In this document: piece by piece, positions 38,787-49,203 of the stretch
Position numbering within the stretch: position 1 is the first letter of the stretch
Layout of the letters: each line of letters starts with the position of its first letter
DNA from: Eubacterium sp.
GTDB taxonomy: Bacteria; Bacillota; Clostridia; Oscillospirales; Acutalibacteraceae
Direction: 5' to 3'
Length of the DNA stretch: 64,000 bases
Assembly: GCA_051892435.1 (NCBI GenBank)
Contig: JBJFGE010000039.1
Span: 52,766-116,765, forward strand
Program-made: the position numbers and the translations under genes
The notes under the pieces: generated by a model
The model's input: only the letters and a program-made list of their open reading frames with translations
Databases searched by the model: none
What the model was told of the DNA's origin: nothing

Positions 38787-39380
38787 ATGAAAAAAATATT
38801 CAGTATATTCCTTTCAACGTTATTAATTTGCTTATGCTTTGCAGGCTGTAGCGGACCAAACGCAGAAATGACAGAGGAAAATATAACTGCAACTGTAGAC
38901 ACAGCAATGACTGCATTAAAAGAATTTGATACTGAAAATCTTGAAAAATATGTTGATTCCTCAACACTTTCAACTATCCTCGGTTATGCAAATGAGCATC
39001 AGCAGTTCATTGACTTAGGCAAGGCAATTTTTGAAAACCTCACATATGAGATAAAATCAATTGACCTTGACAATTCAACAGTCACAGTAAGCGTAAGCAA
39101 TAAAGACCTTTATGATGTTGCAAGTGATTTTGCACAAAATCTTAAAAGCAATTATTCTACCTTTCAGCTTTTGTCCAAGCTTTCAAATGACAGCTTCCTT
39201 GACAGAAAATTAGGTATTTTATGTGAATCAATAAACGATGCCAATATGCTTCCGGATTCAGCAGAAATCACACTTACCATTGAACAGGACAGTAAAAATC
39301 TCGTGCTTGTCTTTGATGAAGATGCAGAAAATCAGGTGTCAGGCGGTGCGCTTTCCGCAATAAAGGAAATCTATTCTTGA
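38787..39380 (+). CDS. lipoprotein of unknown function
   Basis: Signal peptide with FAGC lipobox. Confidence 0.7.
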   Translation: MKKIFSIFLSTLLICLCFAGCSGPNAEMTEENITATVDTAMTALKEFDTENLEKYVDSSTLSTILGYANEHQQFIDLGKAIFENLTYEIKSIDLDNSTVTVSVSNKDLYDVASDFAQNLKSNYSTFQLLSKLSNDSFLDRKLGILCESINDANMLPDSAEITLTIEQDSKNLVLVFDEDAENQVSGGALSAIKEIYS

Positions 39381-39481
39381 GAATATTTATCAATAATATG
39401 TAATAAATAAAAAAACATAGTGACAATCGAGTGCATTTATGTTAAAATATCAGTTATGTAAGTTTAAGGTGGGTGTAAATA

Positions 39482-42232
39482 ATGGCAAATAAAATTTTAA
39501 CCGCCATTTTCGGAGATTACTCCAAAAAGGAAGTTAAAAGAGTTAAAAAAACAGCAGACAAGGTTCTTGCACTTGAAGAGAAATATCAGCCAATGAGTGA
39601 TAAGGAGCTTACCTCGCAGACAGATATCCTTAAAGGACGTCTTGCAAACGGTGAGACTCTTGACGATATTCTTCCCGACGCATTCGCAGTATGCCGTGAG
39701 GCTGCTTGGAGAGTTTTGGGAATGAAGCATTTCCCTGTTCAGATTATCGGTGGTATCGTTCTCCATCAGGGCAGAATTGCCGAAATGAAAACAGGTGAAG
39801 GTAAAACTCTTGTTGCTACTCTCCCTGCATATCTTAATGCACTTAACGGAGAGGGCGTTCATATCGTTACGGTAAACGATTATCTTGCTAAGCGTGACTC
39901 TGAGTGGATGGGTAAGCTTTACCGTTTCCTCGGCCTTTCAGTAGGTCTTATCATTCACGAAAAGACAAATGCTCAGAGACAGGAAGCATATAATTCCGAT
40001 ATAACATACGGTACAAATAACGAAATGGGCTTTGACTACCTCCGTGACAATATGGTTCAGTATAAGGAGGACAAGGTTCAGAGAGGTCATAAATTCGCAA
40101 TTGTCGATGAGGTTGACTCAATTCTTATTGATGAGGCTCGTACTCCTCTTATCATCAGCGGTAAGGGCGAGCAGTCAACAGACCTTTACCGTCAGGCAAA
40201 TGCTTTTGCAAAAACGCTTAAAATGGTTAAGGTTGCCAAAATGGACGAAAAGCAGGACACAGAGGCAACATATGACGGCGACTACATCGTTGACGAAAAG
40301 GCTAAAACAGCAACTCTTACACAGGACGGTGTTAAGAAGGCTGAGGCTTACTTCAACGTTGAAAACCTTATGGAGATGGATAATACCACCCTCCTCCACC
40401 ATATCAACCAGGCTATCAAGGCTAACGGCGTAATGAGAAGAGATATTGATTACGTTGTAACAGACGGTCAGGTTAAAATTGTCGACGAATTTACAGGTCG
40501 TATTATGGAGGGCAGACGCTATAACGAAGGTCTGCACCAGGCTATTGAGGCAAAGGAAGGGGTTAAGGTTGAGCACGAAAGCAAAACCCTTGCTACAATC
40601 ACATTCCAAAACTACTTCCGTCTTTACGGCAAGCTTTCCGGTATGACAGGTACTGCTTTAACAGAGGGTCCTGAATTTTCGGAAATTTACAAGCTTGACG
40701 TTGTTGAAATTCCAACAAATAAGCCACTTGCAAGAATGGACCATCCCGATGTTATTTTCCAGACTGAAAGAGGAAAATTCTATAACGTAATCGAGCAGAT
40801 TAAAAAATGTCACGAGAAGGGACAACCTGTTCTTGTTGGTACAATCAGCATTGAAAAGAGTGAGCTTCTTTCAAAAATGCTTAAAAAAGCAAGAATTCCT
40901 CATAATGTGCTCAACGCAAAGAACCATGAGCGTGAGGCTGAAATCATCGCACAGGCAGGTAAGTTCGGTGCTGTTACAATTGCTACAAATATGGCAGGCC
41001 GTGGTACTGATATTATGCTTGGCGGTAATGCAGAATATCTTGCAAAGGCTGAAATGAAGAGAATGCAGTTTACAGATGAGCTTATTGCAGAGGCAACAGG
41101 CTTTGCAGAAACTGACAATCAGGAAATCATTGATGCGAGAAAGACATTCCAGGAGCTTGAGGCTAAATACAAGGAAGAGATTAAGGAAGAGGCAGACAAG
41201 GTTAGAGAGGTAGGCGGTCTGTTCATCCTCGGTACTGAGCGTCACGATTCAAGACGTATTGATAACCAGTTAAGAGGTCGTTCGGGACGTCAGGGTGATC
41301 CGGGTGAAAGCCAGTTCTATCTTTCACTTGAGGACGACTTAATGCGTCTCTTCGGCGGTGAAAGAATGCAGACTATGATGGCTCGTCTTACAGATGACGA
41401 AAATATGCCTATCGAGTCAAAAATGATAACAAAGACAGTTGAGTCCTCACAGAAAAAAGTAGAGGGCAGAAACTTCGGTATACGTAAGAATACACTTCAG
41501 TATGACGATGTTATGAACCGTCAGCGTCAGCTTATCTATCAGCAGAGAGATCAGGTTCTTGACGGCATTGATTTATCAGATAAGATTCTTTCAATGCTTG
41601 ATACAAACATTGAAGAAAATGTTAAAAACTACCTTGCAGGTGACAGCAAGGCAGATTGGAATGTTGCAGGTCTTAAAGAGAAATACAAGGGATGGCTCAC
41701 TACTGACGACGACTTTACAGAAGACGTTGATATGCTTTCAGTTGACGCAACCATTGAGCTTCTCACTGACAGAGGTCATAAGAGGCTTGAAGAAAAGAGA
41801 GAGCTCCTTGGTGACGAAATGTTCAACGACTTCGAGAGAATGGTTCTTCTCCGTAACGTTGACGTTCTTTGGATGGACCACATCGACGCAATGGACGATT
41901 TGAAGCAGGGTATTCACCTAAGAGCATATGCTCAGCAGGATCCTGTAGTTGCTTTCCGTATGGAGTCATACGATATGTTTGATGAAATGACAGCAACTAT
42001 CCGTGAAAACACGGTAAGAATGATGCTTACCATTATGCCGAGAAGACGTGAGGATGTCGAAAGAAAGGCAGTTGCAAAGGTAACAGCCACATCCACCGGC
42101 GGAGACGATACAGTTAAAGCCACTCCCGTCAGAAAGGGTAATAAGGTAGGTCCTAACGACCCATGCCCATGTGGCTCAGGCAAAAAATACAAGAAGTGCT
42201 GCGGTGCTCCGGGTAAGGAAAAAGCGGAATAA
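39482..42232 (+). CDS. secA: preprotein translocase ATPase SecA
   Basis: [47 protein letters not shown]-terminal [13 protein letters not shown]. Confidence 0.98.
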   Translation: MANKILTAIFGDYSKKEVKRVKKTADKVLALEEKYQPMSDKELTSQTDILKGRLANGETLDDILPDAFAVCREAAWRVLGMKHFPVQIIGGIVLHQGRIAEMKTGEGKTLVATLPAYLNALNGEGVHIVTVNDYLAKRDSEWMGKLYRFLGLSVGLIIHEKTNAQRQEAYNSDITYGTNNEMGFDYLRDNMVQYKEDKVQRGHKFAIVDEVDSILIDEARTPLIISGKGEQSTDLYRQANAFAKTLKMVKVAKMDEKQDTEATYDGDYIVDEKAKTATLTQDGVKKAEAYFNVENLMEMDNTTLLHHINQAIKANGVMRRDIDYVVTDGQVKIVDEFTGRIMEGRRYNEGLHQAIEAKEGVKVEHESKTLATITFQNYFRLYGKLSGMTGTALTEGPEFSEIYKLDVVEIPTNKPLARMDHPDVIFQTERGKFYNVIEQIKKCHEKGQPVLVGTISIEKSELLSKMLKKARIPHNVLNAKNHEREAEIIAQAGKFGAVTIATNMAGRGTDIMLGGNAEYLAKAEMKRMQFTDELIAEATGFAETDNQEIIDARKTFQELEAKYKEEIKEEADKVREVGGLFILGTERHDSRRIDNQLRGRSGRQGDPGESQFYLSLEDDLMRLFGGERMQTMMARLTDDENMPIESKMITKTVESSQKKVEGRNFGIRKNTLQYDDVMNRQRQLIYQQRDQVLDGIDLSDKILSMLDTNIEENVKNYLAGDSKADWNVAGLKEKYKGWLTTDDDFTEDVDMLSVDATIELLTDRGHKRLEEKRELLGDEMFNDFERMVLLRNVDVLWMDHIDAMDDLKQGIHLRAYAQQDPVVAFRMESYDMFDEMTATIRENTVRMMLTIMPRRREDVERKAVAKVTATSTGGDDTVKATPVRKGNKVGPNDPCPCGSGKKYKKCCGAPGKEKAE

Positions 42233-42240
42233 TAGTTAAT

Positions 42241-42273
42241 TTTAAAGGGTGCTTAAAAGTACCCTTTAAATTT
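42241..42273 (+). terminator. terminator after secA
   Basis: tttaaagggtgctt-aa-aagtaccctttaaa hairpin. Confidence 0.6.
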
Positions 42274-42322
42274 TAGTAAGAGTTGAAGCACTACTGTTAA
42301 AATATGTGTATCAGGTGACTAC

Positions 42323-43975
42323 ATGAAAACAAGATGGTATAAAGATGCGGTTGTTTATCAAATTTATCCTCGTAGCTTTATGGACTCAAACGGCGACGGT
42401 ATCGGAGATTTAAAGGGTATTACGCAAAAGGTTGACTATATAAAGGATTTGGGAGTTGACGCTGTTTGGCTTTCTCCCTGCTATAAATCGCCGAATGACG
42501 ATAACGGATATGATATAAGCGACTATCGTGATATTATGGATGAGTTCGGCACTCTTGCCGATTGGGAGGAAATGCTAAACGCATTTCACAGCCGTGGCAT
42601 AAAGGTTATTATGGACTTGGTAGTAAACCATACCTCTGATGAGCACAAATGGTTTGAGGAAAGTCGAAAAAGCAAGAATAACCCATACCGTGATTACTAT
42701 ATTTGGCAAGACGGTACAGGTAAAGACAAGAAAAATCCTCCTAATAACTGGCGTGCCTGCTTTGGCGGTTCTGCTTGGGAATATGACGAAGCAACAGGTC
42801 AGTTTTACCTGCACCTTTTCAGTAAAAAACAGCCTGATTTAAACTGGGAAAATCCAATGGTACGTAAAGAGGTGCAGGATATTTGTAACTTCTGGTTTGA
42901 AAAGGGTGTTGACGGCTTTCGCTGTGATGTTATCACATATATTTCTAAGCCCGATGATCTGTATAACGCAAAGCAAAGCGAGGTTGTTGTAGGTCCTCGC
43001 TGGAAGCAGTACATAAACGAACTGTGCCGTAATTCGTGGGATAAGTACGATACTCTTATTGTGGGAGAGGCTGCGGGTATTGACTATAAGCGTGCCTGTG
43101 AAATCACAAAAGAGGGTGGCAGTCTTTTGGATATGCTTTTCCACTTTGAGCATGTGGGTGCTATGCCTGTTTGTTCATTCAGCCAAAAATTAACATTCCT
43201 GCGACCGTTCAAAAAAACGCTTTCAAAATGGCAGGAAATACCCGATGACTGCTGGGGAGCAGTTTATTACGAAAACCATGACCAGCCGAGAAGTTTGCCG
43301 AGATTTGCACCCACAGGTAAACACCGTGAAATGTCGGCTAAAAGCCTTGCCGCATCACTTTTGTTCCAAAAGGGTACTCCGTTTATCTATCAGGGGCAGG
43401 AGCTTGGTATGACAAACTGCAATTATAAATACGAGGATTACCGAGATATTCAAACAATTAATTTAATGAACAACATTAAAAAAATGCCACTTGGAAGAAT
43501 AATTCTTCCCATAGTTATGTCATTCTATAAACGCTATGCCCGTGATAATGCAAGAACACCAATGCAGTGGGATAACACGAAAAACGCAGGCTTTACAACA
43601 GGAACTCCTTGGGCAAAGGTTAATGACAATTATACTGAAGTAAACGCCCAGGAGGAAATTAATAATCCCGACTCTGTTCTGAACTTTTACAAAAAGGCAA
43701 TTAAGATACGCAAGGAATATGCCGATGTTGTCCGTGATGGAAAATATGTTCCTATCAATATTAAGGACAATAATGTTTTTGCATATATTCGGGATAACGG
43801 GAAGCAGAAGCTTTTTGTTGTTTGCAGTCTTTCTCCCAAGCCGGTAATTTTCAAACCGCAAATCAATTTAAACTGCAAATCACATCTTATTCTGTCAAAT
43901 ACCGAAAATCCGCAGATGCTTAGCGATAATATGGGTTTAAAGCCCTGCGAATGTGCAGTATATGAACTGATTTAA
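42323..43975 (+). CDS. GH13 alpha-glucosidase / oligo-1,6-glucosidase
   Basis: YQIYPRSF, DNGYDISDY, DLVVNHTS, GFRCDV, VGE, ENHDQPR, YQGQELGM. Confidence 0.92.
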   Translation: MKTRWYKDAVVYQIYPRSFMDSNGDGIGDLKGITQKVDYIKDLGVDAVWLSPCYKSPNDDNGYDISDYRDIMDEFGTLADWEEMLNAFHSRGIKVIMDLVVNHTSDEHKWFEESRKSKNNPYRDYYIWQDGTGKDKKNPPNNWRACFGGSAWEYDEATGQFYLHLFSKKQPDLNWENPMVRKEVQDICNFWFEKGVDGFRCDVITYISKPDDLYNAKQSEVVVGPRWKQYINELCRNSWDKYDTLIVGEAAGIDYKRACEITKEGGSLLDMLFHFEHVGAMPVCSFSQKLTFLRPFKKTLSKWQEIPDDCWGAVYYENHDQPRSLPRFAPTGKHREMSAKSLAASLLFQKGTPFIYQGQELGMTNCNYKYEDYRDIQTINLMNNIKKMPLGRIILPIVMSFYKRYARDNARTPMQWDNTKNAGFTTGTPWAKVNDNYTEVNAQEEINNPDSVLNFYKKAIKIRKEYADVVRDGKYVPINIKDNNVFAYIRDNGKQKLFVVCSLSPKPVIFKPQINLNCKSHLILSNTENPQMLSDNMGLKPCECAVYELI

Positions 43976-43979
43976 CATT

Positions 43980-44019
43980 AAACAGCCACAAAGGTTTATC
44001 CCTTTTGTGGCTGTTTTTT
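43980..44019. terminator. bidirectional terminator
   Basis: aaacagccacaaagg...cttttgtggctgttt between convergent genes. Confidence 0.8.
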
Positions 44020-44024
44020 CTTAA

Positions 44025-44957
44025 CTATATCCACCTTTTCTTTTTAAACCAAATTATAAAAGCAGTAACAACACAAATGCTTAAACCTATAACAAAGGGA
44101 TATCCCCACTTTTCATTAAGCTCAGGCATATATTTAAAATTCATTCCATACCAACCCACTATTACGGTCAGTGGAAAAAATATGGTTGTAACAAGGGTAA
44201 AAATTTTCATCGTCTGATTAAGTCGCATATCGAGATAGGCTTGATAAGAGTCCCAAAGATGAATTACGCCGTCACGCAGTAGGTCCACATTCTCCTTCAA
44301 TCTCATCGCCTTATCCGTAAAAATCTTAAATGAGCGAAGTCTGTTTTCATCGAAAAGCTCATTTTCATTTTCTCTGAAAGCCTCCCCCACATCAATAAGC
44401 TGTTCGTAAAAGCCACGCAAAGTCAGCAGCTCGTTTTTCATTTTCAGCAGTTTAATATTGAAATCGCTGTCGGCTTTGTCCCTTAATACCGTTTCTTCAA
44501 GCTCTCCGATTTTATATTCTGCCTTTTCAAGCTCCTTGCCGTCCCCTGCAATCAATCCCTCGAGAAAAGCACACACAAGCTTTTCAAGCGTTAAACTTTC
44601 ACAGGAGCAATGGGAAAGGAGCTTCATAAAATAATTCCTGTTAGAATCGTCATCATCATAAATATTCACCGCAAGGAGTAAATTTTTCTTGATAAAAAGA
44701 GCCATACAGTCCTCACAGTTCATATCCTTTGCATCAGCAACAATAATTTTAACGAAGCTGTAATCATCAAAAACCTCAATATCCGATGAGAAAAATCCGC
44801 TTTTCTCTCGACATCTTTCAATGCATTGTAATGAAAATCCAAAGCTTTTATAAAGTCTTTCAAGCTCCTGAAAATTTATGAAACCTGCCGTAAGCTGTTT
44901 ATCGTCTACATCGGAAGCAGCAATCCCGATTATCTCGTCATCAAAATGATAAAACAT
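44025..44957 (-). CDS. corA: CorA-family Mg2+/divalent cation transporter
   Basis: C-terminal FFPLT.IVGWYGMNF..MPEL and two TM segments. Confidence 0.88.
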   Translation of the reverse strand: MFYHFDDEIIGIAASDVDDKQLTAGFINFQELERLYKSFGFSLQCIERCREKSGFFSSDIEVFDDYSFVKIIVADAKDMNCEDCMALFIKKNLLLAVNIYDDDDSNRNYFMKLLSHCSCESLTLEKLVCAFLEGLIAGDGKELEKAEYKIGELEETVLRDKADSDFNIKLLKMKNELLTLRGFYEQLIDVGEAFRENENELFDENRLRSFKIFTDKAMRLKENVDLLRDGVIHLWDSYQAYLDMRLNQTMKIFTLVTTIFFPLTVIVGWYGMNFKYMPELNEKWGYPFVIGLSICVVTAFIIWFKKKRWI

Positions 44958-45001
44958 AAAATCACCGATTTTATGTTTCCCTAAAAGCAACAAAATACCC
45001 T

Positions 45002-45622
45002 TTAGTACAAAGACTTATAATTGCTTTGGGCAAAATCCCAGTTTAGCACATTAAACCAATCGTCTATATAATCTGCTCTTAGATTATAATGTTTTAAATA
45101 GTAGGCGTGCTCCCAAACATCTATAGTGAGTATTGGCTTTTGTCTAAAACACAGGGGTGTATCTTGATTGGCAGTTGTAACAATTTTTAAATTTCCGTCA
45201 CACTGTGTCAGCCAAGCATATCCCGAACCGAAAACCGACATTGCAGATTTTTTAAATTCCTTTTTAAATTCGTCAATGCTGCCAAACTGTTTTTCAATAG
45301 CCATTAAAAGCCTGCCGTTTGGCACTGTTTTTTCAGTAGTCAAACCACTAAAGAAAAAACGATGATTAAAAACACCGCCGGCATTATTCTTTAATGTCCT
45401 TATATCCTCAGCGGGAATGTTAAAATGACTGCAGGCAAGCTGTTTAAGAGTAAGTCTTTGAAGAAGGTGATATTTTGAAACAACCCTGTTAAGATTGTCA
45501 ATATAAGCCTGCAAATGCCTGTCATGGTGGAGACGCATAGTCCTTTCATCAATAAAGGGCTCTAAAGCATCGTAATCATAAGGCAGCGGCAAATTGATAA
45601 AGGGATATCTGTTATTTTCCAT
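45002..45622 (-). CDS. Fe/Mn superoxide dismutase
   Basis: LPYDYDALEP, HHDRH, NH..F, FGSGYAWL, DVWEHAYY. Confidence 0.95.
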   Translation of the reverse strand: MENNRYPFINLPLPYDYDALEPFIDERTMRLHHDRHLQAYIDNLNRVVSKYHLLQRLTLKQLACSHFNIPAEDIRTLKNNAGGVFNHRFFFSGLTTEKTVPNGRLLMAIEKQFGSIDEFKKEFKKSAMSVFGSGYAWLTQCDGNLKIVTTANQDTPLCFRQKPILTIDVWEHAYYLKHYNLRADYIDDWFNVLNWDFAQSNYKSLY

Positions 45623-45655
45623 TATTTCACCTCCCTTTATCATATGCCAATAATA

Positions 45656-45686
45656 AAAAGCAGACAGTATTTCTACTGCCTGCTTT
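45656..45686 (-). terminator. terminator after pckG
   Basis: aaagcagacagta..tactgcctgcttt hairpin. Confidence 0.65.
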
Positions 45687-45698
45687 GTTTTAAGTTAA

Positions 45699-47480
45699 TT
45701 ATTTTTCAAGGTTTGACTTAACCTCATTAAGAATATCCGAAAGCTCTGTGGGAAGAGTATCGCCGAATTTAGCATAAAGCTCGTCAACACCCTTGAGCTC
45801 TTCTTCCCAAGCATCCTTATCAACGTCAAGAATCTTGTCAAGGTCAGCCTCTGTCATATCAAGACCTTCAAGGTTGATATCCTTTGCATAAGGAAGATAA
45901 CCGATAGCAGTTTCCTGAGCGTCAACCTTACCGTCGCAACGGTCAATAATCCAATCGAGAACACGAAGGTTATCACCGAAGCCGGGCCACAGGAAGTTGC
46001 CCTCATCGTCCTTACGGAACCAGTTTACGTTGAAAATCTTAGGAGCTTTTTCAGGGTCAAGAGTTTCGCCGATTTCAATCCAGTGCTTCCAATAGTCACC
46101 CATATTGTAACCGCAGAATGGAAGCATAGCCATTGGATCACGTCTTACAACACCGACTGCACCTGTTGCAGCAGCAGTTGTTTCAGAGCCCATGATTGAG
46201 CCAACGAATACACCGTGGTTCCAATCCTTTGACTGATATACAAGCGGGGTGAGCTTAGCTCTTCTTCCGCCGAATACGATAGCAGAAATCGGAACACCCT
46301 GTGGGTTTTCAAACTCTGAAGAAATGCAAGGACAGTTCTTAGCAGGAGCAGTAAATCTTGAGTTTGGATGAGCACCCTTCTCTTCGCTTTCAGCACCGTT
46401 CCAAGGATTACCCTTCCAGTCAATAGCATTTGTTGGCGGATTCTTGTCAAGACCTTCCCACCAAACTGTGTTGTTGTCAAGATTATGACAAACGTTTGTG
46501 AAGATAGTACCCTGCATTGTTGACTTGAGAGCATTTGGGTTAGACTTCATATTAGTACCCGGTGCAACACCGAAGAAGCCGTTTTCAGGGTTGATAGCAT
46601 AAAGGCGTCCGTCAGGACCTTTTCTGATCCAAGAAATATCGTCGCCTACGCACCATACCTTGTAGCCCTTCTTCTGATATCCTTCCGGTGGAATAAGCAT
46701 TGCAAGGTTAGTCTTACCGCAGGCAGATGGGAATGCAGCACAGATATATTTGATTTCGCCTGATGGCTTTTGAAGACCGAGGATAAGCATATGCTCAGCC
46801 TGCCAGCCTTCATTCTTACCAAGATAAGAAGCAATACGAAGAGCGAAGCATTTCTTACCGAGAAGTACGTTTCCGCCATATGCAGAGTTCACAGAGATAA
46901 TTGTGTTGTCCTCAGGGAACTGACAAATCCATCTCTTTTCAGGGTCAACGTTACATTTGCAGTGCATACCACGTACCCAATCGTCTGAATCGCCAAGGCA
47001 GTCAAGAACTTCCTTGCCAACTCTTGTCATAATGTTCATATTAAGAACAACGTAAATTGAATCTGTAATTTCAATACCGATTTTTGAGAAAGGTGAACCT
47101 ACCGGACCCATTGAATAAGGAATAATATACATTGTTCTGCCCTGATAAGAGCCTGCTGCGATGTCATAAAGCATCTTGTAGCACTTTTCAGGATCCATCC
47201 AGTGGTTAGTAGGACCTGCATCCTTTTCGTTCTTGGTACAGATAAGAGTTCTGTCCTCAACACGTGCAACGTCGTTCTCGGCAGTTCTGTGAAGATAACA
47301 GTCAGGAAGAAGCTCATCATTAAGCTTAATCATTTCGCCTGTTTCAACAGCCTCAGCTTTAAGAGCATCAATCTGCTCCTTTGAACCGTCAATCCAAACG
47401 ATTTCAGATGGCTTAAGAAGCTCAACCTTTTCGTCAAGCCAAGCGAGAAGCGACTTGTTGGAAGTAAGATTTGTTTCCAT
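45699..47480 (-). CDS. pckG: phosphoenolpyruvate carboxykinase (GTP)
   Basis: DVARVE, YGGN.LLGKKCFALR, AFPSACGKTNLAM, VGDDI, NPENGFFGVAPG, AHPNSRF. Confidence 0.96.
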   Translation of the reverse strand: METNLTSNKSLLAWLDEKVELLKPSEIVWIDGSKEQIDALKAEAVETGEMIKLNDELLPDCYLHRTAENDVARVEDRTLICTKNEKDAGPTNHWMDPEKCYKMLYDIAAGSYQGRTMYIIPYSMGPVGSPFSKIGIEITDSIYVVLNMNIMTRVGKEVLDCLGDSDDWVRGMHCKCNVDPEKRWICQFPEDNTIISVNSAYGGNVLLGKKCFALRIASYLGKNEGWQAEHMLILGLQKPSGEIKYICAAFPSACGKTNLAMLIPPEGYQKKGYKVWCVGDDISWIRKGPDGRLYAINPENGFFGVAPGTNMKSNPNALKSTMQGTIFTNVCHNLDNNTVWWEGLDKNPPTNAIDWKGNPWNGAESEEKGAHPNSRFTAPAKNCPCISSEFENPQGVPISAIVFGGRRAKLTPLVYQSKDWNHGVFVGSIMGSETTAAATGAVGVVRRDPMAMLPFCGYNMGDYWKHWIEIGETLDPEKAPKIFNVNWFRKDDEGNFLWPGFGDNLRVLDWIIDRCDGKVDAQETAIGYLPYAKDINLEGLDMTEADLDKILDVDKDAWEEELKGVDELYAKFGDTLPTELSDILNEVKSNLEK

Positions 47481-47632
47481 ATAGTATTCTCCTTTATATA
47501 GTTTGTAATATTAAGATAGAAAAAATTTTCTATTGCGTTTTATTATACCAAATAATACCGAAAATTCAATAGAAGCGCTAAAAATTCATTAAAATGTCAC
47601 AATAAGACAATCTAAGAATAAACTGTTTTGTA

Positions 47633-48637
47633 TTATTCATCAATAGCCATTGTGGCATAGGCGTTCAGACTTTCGTCTGCACGTACACCTGCAAGGTATT
47701 CGTAGTAGCCTTGAGATGCTATCATAGCGGCGTTGTCACCGCAGTATTTTAGCTCAGGCAGATAAAGCTCTGCACCAAGACGGCTACACATTTTTTCTGC
47801 CTCTGCCCTTAATTTAGAATTGGCAGAAACTCCCCCGGCTATTACAAATTTTTTGAAATTTTTATCAACTATAACCTTTTGACAGTTTGAAATAAGGCAG
47901 TCAACTATTCCCTTTTGAAATGAAGCCGCCAAATCGGGAATAACTATTTCTTCTCCCTTTTGCTGAGCATTATGAACAGTATTTATAACTGCGGTTTTAA
48001 GTCCGCTGAAGGAAAAATCATAAGGACTTCCCGCAACCTTGGGATGAGGAAATTTATATGTATTTTCATTTCCCTCTTTGCTGATTTTATCAATGCTGAT
48101 ACCGCCCGGATATGGCAGTCCCATTGTCCTGCCTGCCTTATCTAAAGCCTCGCCTGCGGCATCGTCACGGGTTTTTCCGATAATCTCAAAATCCGTATAG
48201 GAATTAACCGCAACTATATGAGAATGTCCCCCGCTGACAACAAGGCATAAAAAGGGTGGCTTAACATCATTTGAGATATAGTTTGAGGCAATATGTCCTC
48301 TTAAATGATGAACAGGAACAAGAGGCTTTTCTGCGGAAAAGGCAAGTCCCTTTGCGAAATTAACGCCAACAAGCAGTGCCCCTATAAGTCCCGGTGCATA
48401 TGTAACTGCAATCGCCTCAATATCATCAAGGGTACAGCCTGCCTGCTCCAGAGCCTCCCTGACAACACCGCTTATTGATTCTGCGTGACGGCGTGACGCA
48501 ATTTCCGGAACAACGCCACCGTATAATTTATGCTCCTCTAAAGAAGATGCTATAACATTTGATAATACCTTTCGTCCGTCCTCAACGACTGCCGCAGCAG
48601 TTTCATCACAGGAGGACTCGATTCCTAAAATTTTCAT
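47633..48637 (-). CDS. tsaD: tRNA N6-threonylcarbamoyltransferase
   Basis: GIESSCDET, GGVVPEIASRRH, HHLRGH, VSGGH, DDAAGE, DNAAMI. Confidence 0.96.
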   Translation of the reverse strand: MKILGIESSCDETAAAVVEDGRKVLSNVIASSLEEHKLYGGVVPEIASRRHAESISGVVREALEQAGCTLDDIEAIAVTYAPGLIGALLVGVNFAKGLAFSAEKPLVPVHHLRGHIASNYISNDVKPPFLCLVVSGGHSHIVAVNSYTDFEIIGKTRDDAAGEALDKAGRTMGLPYPGGISIDKISKEGNENTYKFPHPKVAGSPYDFSFSGLKTAVINTVHNAQQKGEEIVIPDLAASFQKGIVDCLISNCQKVIVDKNFKKFVIAGGVSANSKLRAEAEKMCSRLGAELYLPELKYCGDNAAMIASQGYYEYLAGVRADESLNAYATMAIDE

Positions 48638-49068
48638 TTTCTCTCCGTAATATATCTGGTCATAATAATTGCATTTTCAGTTGGACTTGAGTAAAATTTC
48701 GGGCGGATGCCCATATTTTCAAAGCCTGCTTTTTCGTATAACTTTATAGCAGGAGAATTGCTTTCACGTACCTCCAAGGTGATGAAATCCATTTTGTTTT
48801 TCAACTGTTCGTTAATAAGTGCAAGAGCTATTCCCTGCCCTCTGTACTCAGGCAAAACAGCAACATTTGTAACATATCCCTCGTTTAAAAAAATCTGAAG
48901 TCCCATATATCCAACGGCTTTCCCGTCAATATCGGCTACAAGAAAATGTGATGTTTCAATGTCAAGCTGTTTTGCCAGGTCCGACCGTGACCAAGGATTA
49001 GAAAAGCAAGCTTTTTCTATCTCATAAACATCATCAATATATTTTTCTTCAAAAGGCTTTATTTCCAT
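48634..49068 (-). CDS. rimI: ribosomal-protein-alanine N-acetyltransferase
   Basis: GNAT motifs (NVAV.PEYRGQG, LEVRESN..AI.LY, R..FY..P.E.AIIM); adjacent to tsaD. Confidence 0.9.
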   Translation of the reverse strand: MEIKPFEEKYIDDVYEIEKACFSNPWSRSDLAKQLDIETSHFLVADIDGKAVGYMGLQIFLNEGYVTNVAVLPEYRGQGIALALINEQLKNKMDFITLEVRESNSPAIKLYEKAGFENMGIRPKFYSSPTENAIIMTRYITERK

Positions 49069-49085
49069 ATTTTCTCCTGTTTGAT

Positions 49086-49193
49086 AAATTTGGGTTTATC
49101 AGTGTGTTACTGTAGCAAAATTTCGTAGGGGCTTGCAGTGCAAGCCCGTTATAAGCGGGCGACCACTGGTCGCCCCTACGAAAGTTTGTTACA
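49086..49193. repeat. GTAG REP/REPIN-like element copy 3
   Basis: tgtagcaaaatttcgtaggggcttgca.tgcaagcccg..cgggcgacca.tggtcgcccctacgaaagtttgttaca; two inverted REP palindromes. Confidence 0.8.
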
Positions 49194-49203
49194 ACAAATA
49201 AAT

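Noticed and set aside
2303-49193. CRISPR array made of the palindromic repeats
   Set aside because: The copies are dispersed tens of kb apart with no repeat-spacer periodicity, and no cas genes are present.
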